Source: Lama guanicoe (lineage: Eukaryota). From it: DNA of 64,000 nt. The stretch lies in NCBI GenBank assembly GCA_013239625.1, contig MU054187.1, forward strand, positions 14,418,974 to 14,482,973, read 5' to 3'. A program made the translations under genes and the position numbers. The notes under the pieces are model-generated. The model had not been told where the DNA came from, did no database searches, and worked only from the letters and a program-made list of their open reading frames with translations. Of this stretch, positions 52,324 to 64,000 are shown in pieces (the first letter of the stretch is position 1; each line of letters begins with the position of its first letter).

Positions 52324-55300
52324 AGGTTGCTAGAAGTTAGCTGCACTCTTAGATTTCCCACATAGTACTTATGTCTAAATAAGTAAGTTGAATCACTTGG
52401 CTTTATATTTAAAATCCAATTGGCTCCAACTAATTTAATTGCCTGTTTATAAAATGCCTGTGTGCTATGGGAGCCCTAAAAGGGAATTGTTCAGGGAACT
52501 CTCCCAAAACACTTAAAGAATCTATTAATCCATTATCTTCAGACTTCACCCACCCCACCCATTGTCGCCAAAATTTAGAGATTCAAAATACAGTACACAG
52601 CATACAGGAAGCAAGCATGCAGTCCATCTAATGCCACGTCACTGGGGTGGTTTAGCCTCCCAGCTTCAGGATGTACAGAGTTTAATAATATCTGCATATA
52701 ATACAAAAGTGACGAAAATTTTATGTCAACTACAATACTGAAAAGGTCAGTAAGAATTCTATCCCATCCCCAAAGTATTTGTCTTGGGTCATCTCTAATG
52801 AACCTAGAAGAGCCAGCATATTTCACAGGGGCTAAATAAAACTTTTTAAAAGGTTAACGGAAAACTATTTATGTGAAAAATGCCTCCAAATAATCTTTTA
52901 GTGGGTGGATTCGGCACATACCAGTGAATACCTTTGAGCTTAGTCCAATTTTGAATTATGCCAGAGTTTACCTTTAAGAAACAATGAACCTGTTTTTAAG
53001 TAAAACCCTGTATTAATAAGAAACATGGAATGTGAATACAAAAAAAAAAAGATTTTATCAACTGAACTGTATCTAAATATTTTACAAAGTTTTCCATGAG
53101 CCGTCAGTAAGTCTTTAAAATGCATGATCTTTTAAAAAACTTGTTAGTCATTCATCTGTAAAAATCCCGCTTTTTATGTGTATGCCAAGCATAAAATTGC
53201 CCCATGCTGAATTTAACACAAACCTCACATTACAGAGTTAAGTGTTCTTGCACTTCAGCATGACTATGACAGTGATTCAAAGGGTGAAAATACACTTAGA
53301 ACAGTCTACATTCTGCAATTCAGGACAATGAAGAAAGCCTGAGAAGTATGCAAAAATTAGGTCCGTATTTTAAATCTGCAGGCAATCAAGCCAGCAACCA
53401 GGCTATGCAATCACGATCACTTGCAAGACCATTTAAACTATTTTTTAGTTGTAACTGTTAGCAGTTTCTTATGACTGTAATCTTTTTAAAAAATATCTTC
53501 CACTTCAAAAATTAACTGCATGTGTACATTAACTATTTTTTTGTCTACTTACAGCTAGGTGCTAGCTATGCCAGGTTAAAATTGTCTTCTTTCCCATTTC
53601 CAATTCTGCCTTCTCTTCATTTTTGTACGCTATGGTTCTAAGCTAATTTCATAGTATGTACCCAAATAATGGTTGGCTAAAACTTTGTTCTTTTCAACTA
53701 CAGTTTGCGAAATAATGTAAAGTTTAACCAAAAAAGCAGTGAAGAGTCACTTTATGATGACATTCTGTTTTCTTCAAAGTAATATGTTACCTTTTCAGAT
53801 GTTATTCAAGATGATTAATCTTTTTACAGAATGCAGATAACTAAAGATACTCAATATTATAAACTGACAGGGTGCCCTAAATAACAAGATGGAAAATGAG
53901 TTGCTCAAGGTCAGATAATCTGGCAGTGAGGCAGGGAGCACTGGTGGTCTCTCGAATTCCTGTTCCCCCACGTGCCATCCTGAGAGACTCCTGCTCTAAT
54001 CTCTGCCTGTGAAAAGGACACAGGGATGTGCCCCAGGATGGGAACCACCTAGCGCAGAATTTCAGACTTAAGGAACTGATTAAAGAGAAGAGAATTTAAC
54101 CTAAATGTTACCATAATACATGAATTTAAATTACTTTTCTGGTAATAGATTCATTATAGAGACACTTTTTTCCTAATGTAGTACTGAAGTGGCTACGGGC
54201 TGGATCCGGAGGCTTCGGGGGCTCCACTAGAGAGAACCATCCCTGGGGCAGTGACACAGGTGCTTGTCAGGGCCACGCTGCCCCAGCATCCGCGAGAGCC
54301 TGCCGCAGGGTCCGCTTGGCTTTGGGAGGAAGGAGCCCCCGTACCGGCTTCCTCATTTCCTCACAGCTGGGAGGGGTGAGGGATCATCCTCCTTTCCAAC
54401 CCTCAATGTGAATGACTGTAGACCAGAGGAAGTCCTAACGTGTTCGCGATTTGGTTAAATTTTAAGCTGGCTTCAGATAACTTTATCACTTCCAACAGGT
54501 TTAAAGAAAATCTTTTACGCATTCTTACATGTTTCTCATCACTGAACCTCATTGGCCTCTTCGTGACATCTCTTCCTCTACTTGCAAAGGAGTTCCAAAC
54601 CCCTTAGCAAGTTAAAAAAAAAATCAACAGACATAAAGATGAGGGCCAAACATCACCGTTTAATGATGGAGTCTGCAGATTACCTATAGTGTGTTTTCAT
54701 GTTAAAACCATCACGTTAACAAGTATCTGACTTCCATATTCAAATATGTCATGTTCATATTCTTTGAAAAAAATTTCTAGTACCAAAGGTAACTATTCAA
54801 GTATAAACCATATATATTCTTTGATCATTTGTACATCTGACAGATAAAAAGTATAAGAATGGAGTTTCTGGCAAACCTACACAGAATTAAGTAATTTTTA
54901 TTTAAAAAAAAAAGAGAGAGAGAGAGAAGGCATGGAAGGAAATTAACATTCATTATGTGCCTACTAAGAAAGAGGTACTGTGCTCAGTACTTTACATAAA
55001 ACTGAAATCAATTTAATGCTTCTTACATTCCTTTATCAAGTGTAATTATAACCCTATATACTCAAACATCAAAGGAATTCAAAACAAACTCTCTGAGAAT
55101 CCTGAACTAATTCCACTGCCTCTTTGGGCAATGTGCTAAGCCTATCACACTCATCATCCTTACATCCATAGACAAAAGGCCCAGAGTAATGTTATACTAT
55201 TTAAATTATTCCCAGAAAGTAACTCATGAATACCATTACCTCACTGAAATAGTCTTTACAAGAGGCTAGTTTTAATGATCCAAGAATTCAATTCTCATAA

Positions 55301-56213
55301 GCATGCTGTGGTAAGAGTTTGTTATGAATTTCATTACACATCAAGAGATGAGCTGCTAATATCAAAGAATACTCTTCACTACAGCAATTTACATATTTAA
55401 GCATATTTAGCTTCCAGAGGTTATAAGGAAGAGAACTAGGGTTAAAAATGAGATAGATTTGCTTTCACTGGGGACTTCACTTCGACACGGTCTTCACTGG
55501 GTGGCTGTTCCATTTGACTGATATACAGCAATAGATGTATATTTTGGGAGAGGTAGGGAGGAAATTTCGGAAATATGTCTATGCTTCCAATGTGTGATCA
55601 CAGCTTGATCACGTACCTTTGGAAAAAAAATAACCTGAAGTGGATTTTTAAGTGTCTGATAATACTATACTTGGAATAAAACTATGAACAATTTTATTCT
55701 TACATTTCTGATATTTCAATTAGTGACTTTAATAAAATATTAAAAAGTCTAATGACTCAGCACAACCTGAAAAATGTTTATTTCAATGTTAAATGAAAAC
55801 ACAGTACAAACTTTGATCTACATTATAATTACGTGAAAGTGTCTGTGTACCTAAAAAGAGGAACTGTGAATATAGTTGATGCTGGATTATAATGAGCTGG
55901 TAGGTAATGGTTTTTCTCTTTTGATTCTTTTATATTGTAATAATGTCACCATAAAAACAACTTTAAAAAAAGAAGGTTATCACTACGTGGATAAAACAGT
56001 GCTCTGTCTGCAATGACTTAACCATGTTAGGGAGATACGTACCTGTGTCTTCTGTCAGTTCCAGGAAAGTAAACAGCACAACTTCCATGTATCCCTCACA
56101 ACACCTAACGTGGCATCTCAGACCCAAACAGACCCAGCAGATACCCAGTGAAGGACAAATCACCGAACCACAGATGAACACCAAGTGTAGTTAAGATAAA
56201 AGTAGAAACTTAC

Positions 56214-56274
56214 TGTTATTTGTTGGTTCAGGGAACCCAGCCTTTGGACCACTCCATCCTTTGTTTTCCCCTGT
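56214..56274 (-). CDS. STAU2: STAU2 internal coding exon, 61 nt (TGENKGWSGPKAGFPEPTNN + 1 nt)
   Basis: Acceptor tttcag|ACA (ct at 56275-56276) and donor AACA|gtaagt (ac at 56212-56213). The phase-1 end joins the next exon as A|CT = Thr. Confidence 0.95.
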
Positions 56275-56970
56275 CTGAAAAATTGAATTAATTATTTAAA
56301 TCCAGGGAAAGATACTTATTCAAAAAAAAACCAGTTATCTAATCAATTAACCAAGAGCAAAGATTATTCTGCTTATTTCTCTCCAATCTGACGCCTGGAC
56401 CATGGATACAAGAATAACTAACATGAACAGTACCATCTATCCCTTTTCTACGTTTGAATGTGTTTCTTCGGTGTCCTGCCTTTATCTGTTTATTTAAATT
56501 TACAATTTAAGTTATCAAGAAAGTTCCATACTGAGTACATGTATTATATACAACCTGGGCTCCATCAAGGTGGTTAAAGAGTAAATAACTATTTTTCAGT
56601 GAACAATAAATCATCCCAAGTGCTAAGGTGACTAGAAGAGCTTCTTTATCACTTCTAAGGTCAAACAGAAATACTACTGTGTCTGTTCTGGAAAAGTCCT
56701 GACAAGGGTCACCAAATACTGCTAATGACATATACAAAAAATTGAAAACTAAACCTTAACTTTAAGTAAAATTTGGAGTATCTTGCCTTTTGCCAGATGA
56801 CTTGATTAATGTTTAGTGTAAAATACATTTTGAACTCAGACATTTTGAAGTAGTAAGAATTTTAATCTAACTAATAAGTGACTTTAACTTGCTGTGTTCT
56901 CTTTTTGCAGAGCTGGCATAAAGCAGCCTTGCAGGGAGGCTTCTTTTCTATTATAATCAGTACTTCATAT

Positions 56971-57054
56971 ATGTATGTGTATGCATGACTGCGACATTGT
57001 GCTGTACACCAGAAACTGATACATTGTAACTTAATGGTACTTCAATTTTTAAAA
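56971..57054 (+). mobile_element. Short camelid-type L1 3' end
   Basis: tatgcatgactgcgacattgtgctgtacaccagaaactgatacattgtaact; diverged TSD aatcagtacttcata / aattagtattttata. Confidence 0.7.
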
Positions 57055-57189
57055 ATTAGTATTTTATACTTATGTAATCAGGTATCAAAGATCAAAGGGA
57101 TAAATTAAATCTATATATAAACACAAACTACAGTTCTAGCAAGTAGTTTGCACCCATGAAAGGGTGAGGGAGAAGGAAATACATGTAAA

Positions 57190-57733
57190 TGAGGTGGGAA
57201 GCCCCATAAAAAAGACCGGCAGGACTCCCAGGCAAGGCCACTACTCTCCTGCCAGCACCATCTGGTTCCCTGGCCCAGGGGCTCTATCTCACTTTTTGCC
57301 TCTCAAACAGCTTACTTCTAGGAAAGTGGAAGTTACCCCTAAAATTCTACTGGTTCCCTGAGCTCACTCCTGATTGGTCCATTTCCCTCACTCCTGATTG
57401 GTCCATTTGTAGTACTTGATTTGCATGCAGCTCACTCATGATTGGTTATTTCTCTCCCTCCTAATTGGCCAATTTCTACAAAGCTTGTTCCTAATTAGTC
57501 AACTTTTGTTATACCTTATTTGCATTTGATGTTGCAAAGTGTAAACTGGCAGCCTATAAAAGCCTGTGTAAACCTACAGCCGGGGTCCAGAGCTTGGAGT
57601 GTTAACTCCTCTGGGCCCACTGGCGTAATAAACCTGAGTTCTCCAACTCTCCGAGTACTGCTTGGTCTCTTCTGGATCCAGGATGCCGTCACAACTGAGC
57701 TGTAACACTGAGCTATAACACTGAGCTGTAACA
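57190..57733 (+). mobile_element. Solo ERV LTR (ERV1-like); 5' boundary approximate
   Basis: TG...CA ends, four ATTGG boxes, TATAAAA at 57555-57561, AATAAA at 57627-57632, terminal 3 x 13-bp ctgagctrtaaca. No TSD identified. Confidence 0.8.
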
Positions 57734-58249
57734 CGTTTTTCTGAAACACAGATGCAGGGCTATGCTGATGAGAAGGAGGAGACTCCCACTTACATGTTCT
57801 CTGTGAAGCACAAGATCACAGAATGAGAGGAAAGCTGACTGAGGAGGGTTATAAGCATGAGGAAAGTGGACGCAGTAAGGATTAAGTCACTTCAGGGAAG
57901 GAAAGAGCTGGCTGATTCTCAGGCATTTGAGGGCTCAAGTAAAGTTGGTAATAATACACCTAGCATTTCATTCCTCCTTTTCTCTCCCTCTATTAATAAC
58001 TAAGGATATTTAAATATTAGATTTTATTCCTTAAGCCTAATTTTTCACCTTCAACTGAATCCCAAGCCTGCTGCTCTCTGATTTCTACCACAACACCTCT
58101 TATGAAACTGCTTCTGTAAGGTTTGCTCACACATGACAGAGTGAACACAAGGAGTAATCTCTTCTCTCCCCAGAGGTCTCTAAATTGATAATTCAATAAA
58201 TTCTCTCTCCCTCCCTTTCCCCCTACCCTGCCCTACCCAACAGAAGAAG

Positions 58250-59800
58250 AGATAAGTCAATCAAAGCCTGCAACCTGGAAAGCAGATAAACAAGTTGTAA
58301 ACTAACTTAGCAGATGTCAGCAGGCTGAAACCTAACCTGCTGAGTGAAAAGCCAACAAAGAGCTTGCAAAGAGTGAAGTGATTTGCGCCCCAGGACTGCA
58401 GAAAGCCTCAGCAATCAGAAGCACACCTGGCACTTCCGTAGATGAACCCTGGAAGAGCCTGAAAACAGAGAGATCGTTTGGAAGTCGTTCAAAATGCTAC
58501 AGAATTGCCTGGTCACCTCTTTGACACCAAAGAGGCAGATTTCCTAAAAGCTTCGTCTTCAGAAAGGCTTAAACAGAGACCTTACATACCAGGTACAGCT
58601 GAGGATGGGCTCCACATGCCACACTGCAAATAAGGAGCTGGAATCCAAAATCATATCCTGGAAGATAAGGTCCCCAGCTCCCTTCCTCACTAGGCCTCAG
58701 AAGACAACATCCAGGCCTCTGCTCCACAAGAAATGGTGAGGACAATACAGGGAACAGAGTAAAGCTTCAAAAACCAGGTTAAAAACAGAAGTTCTCAGAG
58801 AGAGAGAGAAACACTATACCCACTAAACAAGACTAGGAGGTTATAAAAAGGAATATTCTGAGAATGAAAAAGAGCTCTGGGAAATAAAGTAAAAATTTTC
58901 AAAGGAGGACTGGAAGATAAGATTGAAGAAATCTCCTAGAAAACAGAACAAAAAGAAAAACAGACAGAAATAGAAAAGAAAGAAAGAATGGGAAGATCAT
59001 CCATTAGACTAACAGGTATCCCAGAAAGAAAGAAGAGCAAAAATGGAAGCAAAGAAATTATAAAAGAAATAATATGAGACATTTCCCCCTTTCAAAGTAT
59101 ATGAATTTCTGGATTGAAATGCAAACACTCAACACAATTTGCCAAAACTACACAACTCAGGTCAATCACCCATGAAATTTCAGAACTCCTGAGAAAAGAA
59201 GTTAGAAAAGCATTGAGAGAAAAGAAACGTAAAAGTTCCATACATGCACTGAAGAATAAGAGGGCTTTGGAGTTTCAACAGTAACGTGCAGAGGTAGAAA
59301 ACATCAGTGCAACACCTTTAAAACTCTGTGGGAAAAAAACATTTCCAATTTAGAATTATATCTCAGAAAAACTATTAAGTGTGTGGGAAATGTAAAGATG
59401 TATCAGACCTACAAGATCTCAAAAAAAATTTACTCCCCGTGTATCCTCTGTCAGAACGTGACTAAAGCAAAGACTCCAACAACACAAGGAAATAAATCAA
59501 GAACAAGGGAAACTGATCAAAAAACAGGCAACTCAACAAGAGAGAGAGGCAAAAGGAATTTTCAGGGAAATGGTGAAGAGAAGAACCAAAATAGTGGGTC
59601 TGCAACAGATCTCTCAAACATACAATCCGAAGTAGGAGAGGAGGATAAAGAGCTCCAAGAAAGAAAGAAAAAAAAAAGAAACTAAAAAAGCACATGATGT
59701 GTTCGCTGGCAGAGAGCTTCGGGATAAGTCAGAGAGATGTAGAAAAATATACATGTGGAGTATGTATATGACAGTCAGATCTTCCTTTTCCATAGTAGGA
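58250..59800 (+). mobile_element. Decayed L1/HAL1-like 5' and ORF1 remnant
   Basis: A-rich ORF1-like text (ggactggaagataagattgaagaaatctcctag; catgaaatttcagaac; ccaatttagaattatatc). Confidence 0.5.
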
Positions 59801-60129
59801 ACTTAGATAATATCTAAAAAGGAAAAATCAAGAAATTGCAGTACAAGCTACTGACAGTAGAAAATAACAAAATAAACACCTAAAACAGGTAGTAAATGGT
59901 TGCTTCTTATAAATCTTGAGTCTTTACACCATTAATCTTGAATAAATCTTAACTTCTTATACATATCTGAGTATTACTTTGACCGATATATAATTATAAA
60001 GTATAAAAAAGAATGAAGCTCTTGCCAGTTATATCTTTATGTAGAACAAATTCCAAGATAGAAGTGAACCCCAACAGGTAAGTAAAAAAAAAACAAAAAA
60101 CACGATCAGTTTTTTTTTTAAAAGATGGA

Positions 60130-63100
60130 GAGAGTGTTCCACTTTTCCTTAGAATGTAGAAATGTAACAATGAGAAAGAGCCAGACAATGTAAAAAAAAT
60201 CATAACTTTTCTCGAACTTATCAGACATCTGAGATTGTAAAGCAAACAAATGAAATGAATTCCAGAGAGTGACAAAGCCCTCTAAGGAGAGGCGAGGCTC
60301 ACAAAATGTTTCAACTTTGGCAGAGCTAGAAAGCAAGAGTTGAATGCCAAAAATGCAGGTAAGAAGAAAGCAGATGAAATGTTAATAAATTCTAAAAGAC
60401 TGCATGTGGGTTAGCACAACAGTTTAGAAAAACTGGGACTCCAAACGGAAGTGTTTTTCCATGGGCCTCCCCTGGGAACTCAGGAGGACAATTGGACATA
60501 CATCAAGAAAACAGAGCGGCCCACTCAGTGGTGCAGGTATGCGGCAGGTCAATGTCTGCCACTGAGAGAAAAGCACAGGACTTTGCACACTCCTCTTTCA
60601 TACAAATAGTTCAAGCCATTAGAGAAAGGGGAAAAGCAAATCCTATCTGCCTCTGGGACAGAGGCAGGAAATTCTGTTGCCCAAAGCCTCAGGCAAAGAC
60701 TCACTACTTTTGGAAAAGGATTAGAAGCAAAAGCTACCTGCCCCTGGGGGAAAAGAGGGTAGGGTAGAAAACCCTCTTGAGAGCAAGGCCCTGCACCAAT
60801 ATAAAGCAGATGTCTGAAAATGCTGGGAAAAGGGGCTGGAAGCTCTCTTGCACCCAAGACAATCCACAGATCCAAAGTAAAGTCTGGCTACCATGGGGAA
60901 GGAGGCAGAAACATTAAGCAACACACACCTCTGAGACCCAGGCACACACAGTCTGTCTGAGAATGAAGCTGGACAAGAAAATCAAGAACTACGCTCCCAT
61001 ACGCAACACAATCCTACAATTGAATAATAAGCAACAGCAACTGACTACAAAGCATAGAGAGATCCTTCACCCCATGGCATAGCAAAGAAGAGACTGGTGA
61101 AACCTGAGGGTAGAGCAGAAGCCCTCCCCAAACCTCAGCCCACACAAAACAGAGACAGCAGCAAACCACTGCTAAAGAAATTTGACGTCAGCAGTGACTA
61201 CAGCAACAATAAAACCCACAACAAGCTCAACTATTGACTAGATCGATGCCACCCTCCATATTAACAGTCTGACAGACGACGAGACATGCCTATTTCTCAA
61301 CGTAAATACTATTTAATTCAGCCTCTACTGTTTCTCAATACATGATGTCCAATATTGATTCAAAAATCTTAAGACACCCAAAATTGCAAAAAGAACTGAA
61401 CTACTGTCAAAAGATAAAGACCCATAAACCCACAGGCTAGAAATCTAAGAAATAAATTTAAAAATATCTATTATTGGTAGGTTAAAAGATCTAATGTAAA
61501 AGGCAGACAACATACAAGGACATTTGGAAAATTTCAGTAGAGAAACAGAAACTACAGAACAAAATCAAATGGAAGTCCTGGGGGGAAAATTATCTTAGAT
61601 GAAAATTAGTGTTGAAGTCGTTATTAACAAATGGACACAGCTGAAGAAATAATCAGTCAAACTGCAGATAGGTCGATAGAAATTACTCAAGGTGAGACAC
61701 AGGGAAAAAAAAAGATTGAAAAATTAAAAGGAACAGAAAGGAACAGGAGTTATAAGACAATATCAATGGTCTAACAAATGTGTAACTGGAAGCTCCCAAG
61801 GAGAGCAAAAACAAGGAAGAAATATTTGAAAGGCTAAAGCTGAGAATTTGACAAAATAACTGAATGACAACAAATTACAGATCCAATAATGTTCAGAGAC
61901 CACTCACCAGGAAAAATACAGAAAGGAGAAGAAACAAAGGAAGAAGAGGAAGAAAAGGAGGAGAAACTGAGAAACGGGAGACGAAGGAAGGGGGAGAGGG
62001 CAGAAGAGAAGGAGGAAGAAAGAATCAAATTTGGACACATCACACATTGGTGAGAATTAATGAAAAAGGAAAATTTTGAAGGCCTTCAGAGGGGAAGAAA
62101 AAGCACAGCAAGAGGAAAAAGTAGATAAGAATTATGGCACACCTCACATAAAGGCAAGAAAGCAAGAAAAATAAAAGTATACAGACTAGCAAGGGAAAAA
62201 ACTGTCTTTATTCAAATACAGCACAATCACCAATACAGAAAATTGAAAAAAAAATCTACAAAACAAGCTACCCTACTGATAAGTCATTTCATCAGTGTTA
62301 CAGGATACAAGGTCAATATATAAAAGCCAATGGTATTTCTACCAACTAAAAAAGAAGAATTGGAAATTGAAACTAAAAACTAGTACCATTAATAATAACA
62401 TCAACAAACATGAAACATTTAGGGATAAACATAAAAAATGTGCAAGATATTTCTATGAAAAGGGACAAAACATCACTGGGACACCCAAAACCTAAATAAA
62501 CAGAGAGCTAGATCTTGTTCATGGGTTGAAAGATTCAATATTCTTAAGATACCAGTTTATGCAAAACTGATCTACATAGTCAACACAATCCCCACAAAAA
62601 ATCCCAACTGGATATTTTTTGGTAGAAATTGATCCTACAGTGTATTATCAAAGACTCTATGTTAGCCAAAATGAATTTTAAAAAGCCAAACAAAGATGGA
62701 GTTCTTAATTTGATTTCAAAACTTACCCAAAAAGCTACACTCTATATATAGTTGTAATAGCTGAAGAACAGACATACAAATTAATCGAACAGAATAGAGA
62801 ATCTAGGAACAGACCCACACTTATATAGTCAATTGAGTTTCAACAAATGTGGTAAGGAATTCAATGGAAAAAGCACTAATCTTTTAAACAAATGGTGCTA
62901 GAGCAATTGGATAACCTATGAAAAAAAGGAGGAGAGAGGAAGGGAGAAGAGGGGAGTCCTTATTCTGATAAAGGACTGGCATCCAAAATATACAAAGAAC
63001 TTTTACAACTCAATAATAAGAAAGTAAACCACCCAATTTTTTAAAAGACTAAAGTTTTGAACAGATACTTCAAGGAAGAGATACGAATGGTAAATAAACA

Positions 63101-63800
63101 GATGATAAGCTACTCAGCATTATTAATTAGAGAAAATGCAATTAAAGTCCAATGAGATAACATTATACACGTACTAGTATGATCAAAGCTATCAAAACTG
63201 ATAATACCAAGTGATGGAGAAGATGTGGAGTAACTGGAAATCTCAAACACTGCTTGCGGAAATGCAAAATGCAACAGCCTCTCTGGAAAGTATCTTCAGT
63301 TTCTTATAAAGTTACAAGTGTACTTATTTCATGAATTTGTACCTATAGGATATATGTACAATAAAGACTTAAACATGAATGTTTATGATCACTTTATAAT
63401 AGCCTCCAGCTGGAAACAAATCAAATGTTGGTGAGGAATAAAACAATAAACAATAAAATAAAAAATACTAATGATAAATGCAAGACATGGACAAATCTCA
63501 ACAATAAGAAGCCAGACACAAAAGGCTACCCAACGTATGATTCAATTGATACAACATGCTGGAAGAAGGCAAAATTATGGAGACGGAAATTAGATCAGTG
63601 CTTGTCAGGGGCTGGGGAAAGGGAGGACATTTACTACAAATGGGCATTAAGAAACTGTATGGGGGTAGCAGAAATGTTATAAGTCTTAATTGTGATGGTG
63701 GTCGTTGAGTGTATACACACACATACTTGTCAAAATTCACTGGACCGCAACTCAATAAATCTGAATTTTTTTTATAGCGGGGATATATTAGTGCATACAC
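60130..63800 (+). mobile_element. Old L1M: 5' UTR, ORF1, ORF2 and 3' remnants
   Basis: caggatacaaggtcaatata, tgttcatgggttgaaagattcaatatt, aacaaatggtgctagagcaattggata, gaagccagacacaaaag. Confidence 0.8.
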
Positions 63801-64000
63801 ATAAAATATCTCTGTAAGCATATTTATTGCATTTTTATTTATCAAATCCTTATATAAGATTCACCATATTTCAGACACTATTCTAAATGCTGTATAAATA
63901 TTAACTCATTGTGGGAGATGCCTTTAGAGGAGAAACCAAGAGACTGAGGGTCTCAGGGTGAAGTAAGACGAACATTTTTTTCACTGTTTACTCTTTTGTG

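Larger units (their letters stand above)
1..64000 (-). other. STAU2: Partial STAU2 gene body (3' portion); the gene extends beyond the right edge and probably the left edge
   Basis: Three minus-strand exons splice in frame to TGENKGWSGPKAGFPEPTNN-TPKGILHLSPDVYQEMEASRHK...PSKQLEYLARIQGFQ-VHYCDRQSGKECVTCLTLAPVQMTFHAIGSSIEASHDQ, which I recognise as the Staufen2 C-terminal region. The upstream dsRBD exons and the final AALSALKQ... exons were not found in the window. Confidence 0.96.

Noticed and set aside
57695..57733. CRISPR-like direct repeats
   Set aside because: Three abutting 13-bp units with no spacers at an LTR end in mammalian DNA

Overview
Mammalian intronic and exonic DNA, almost certainly from a camelid (four Vic-1-type tRNA-derived SINEs and camelid-type L1 3' ends). 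The whole window lies inside the 3' half of STAU2 (Staufen 2, dsRNA-binding protein) on the minus strand. Three coding exons can be read with canonical splice sites: 56214-56274 (61 nt), 32938-33245 (308 nt; SSM plus dsRBD5 helix 1) and 18510-18623 (114 nt; rest of dsRBD5, absent from the ORF track). The two downstream donors each read through as Val-stop, giving alternative terminal exons; the 308-nt one carries a long, repeat-free 3' UTR. The rest is L1, L2, SINE, LTR and MER repeats and microsatellites. The most unusual observations are: (1) an L1 with a multi-jump templated insertion that copied about 270 bp of nearby DNA in inverted orientation; (2) a 111-nt near-palindromic hairpin at another insertion junction; (3) a textbook 194-nt candidate poison exon; (4) a CCAAT/octamer-rich solo LTR antisense to STAU2; (5) a strong CTCF site. 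I see no evidence of a wholly new gene system. Repeat family names and boundaries are by-eye estimates.
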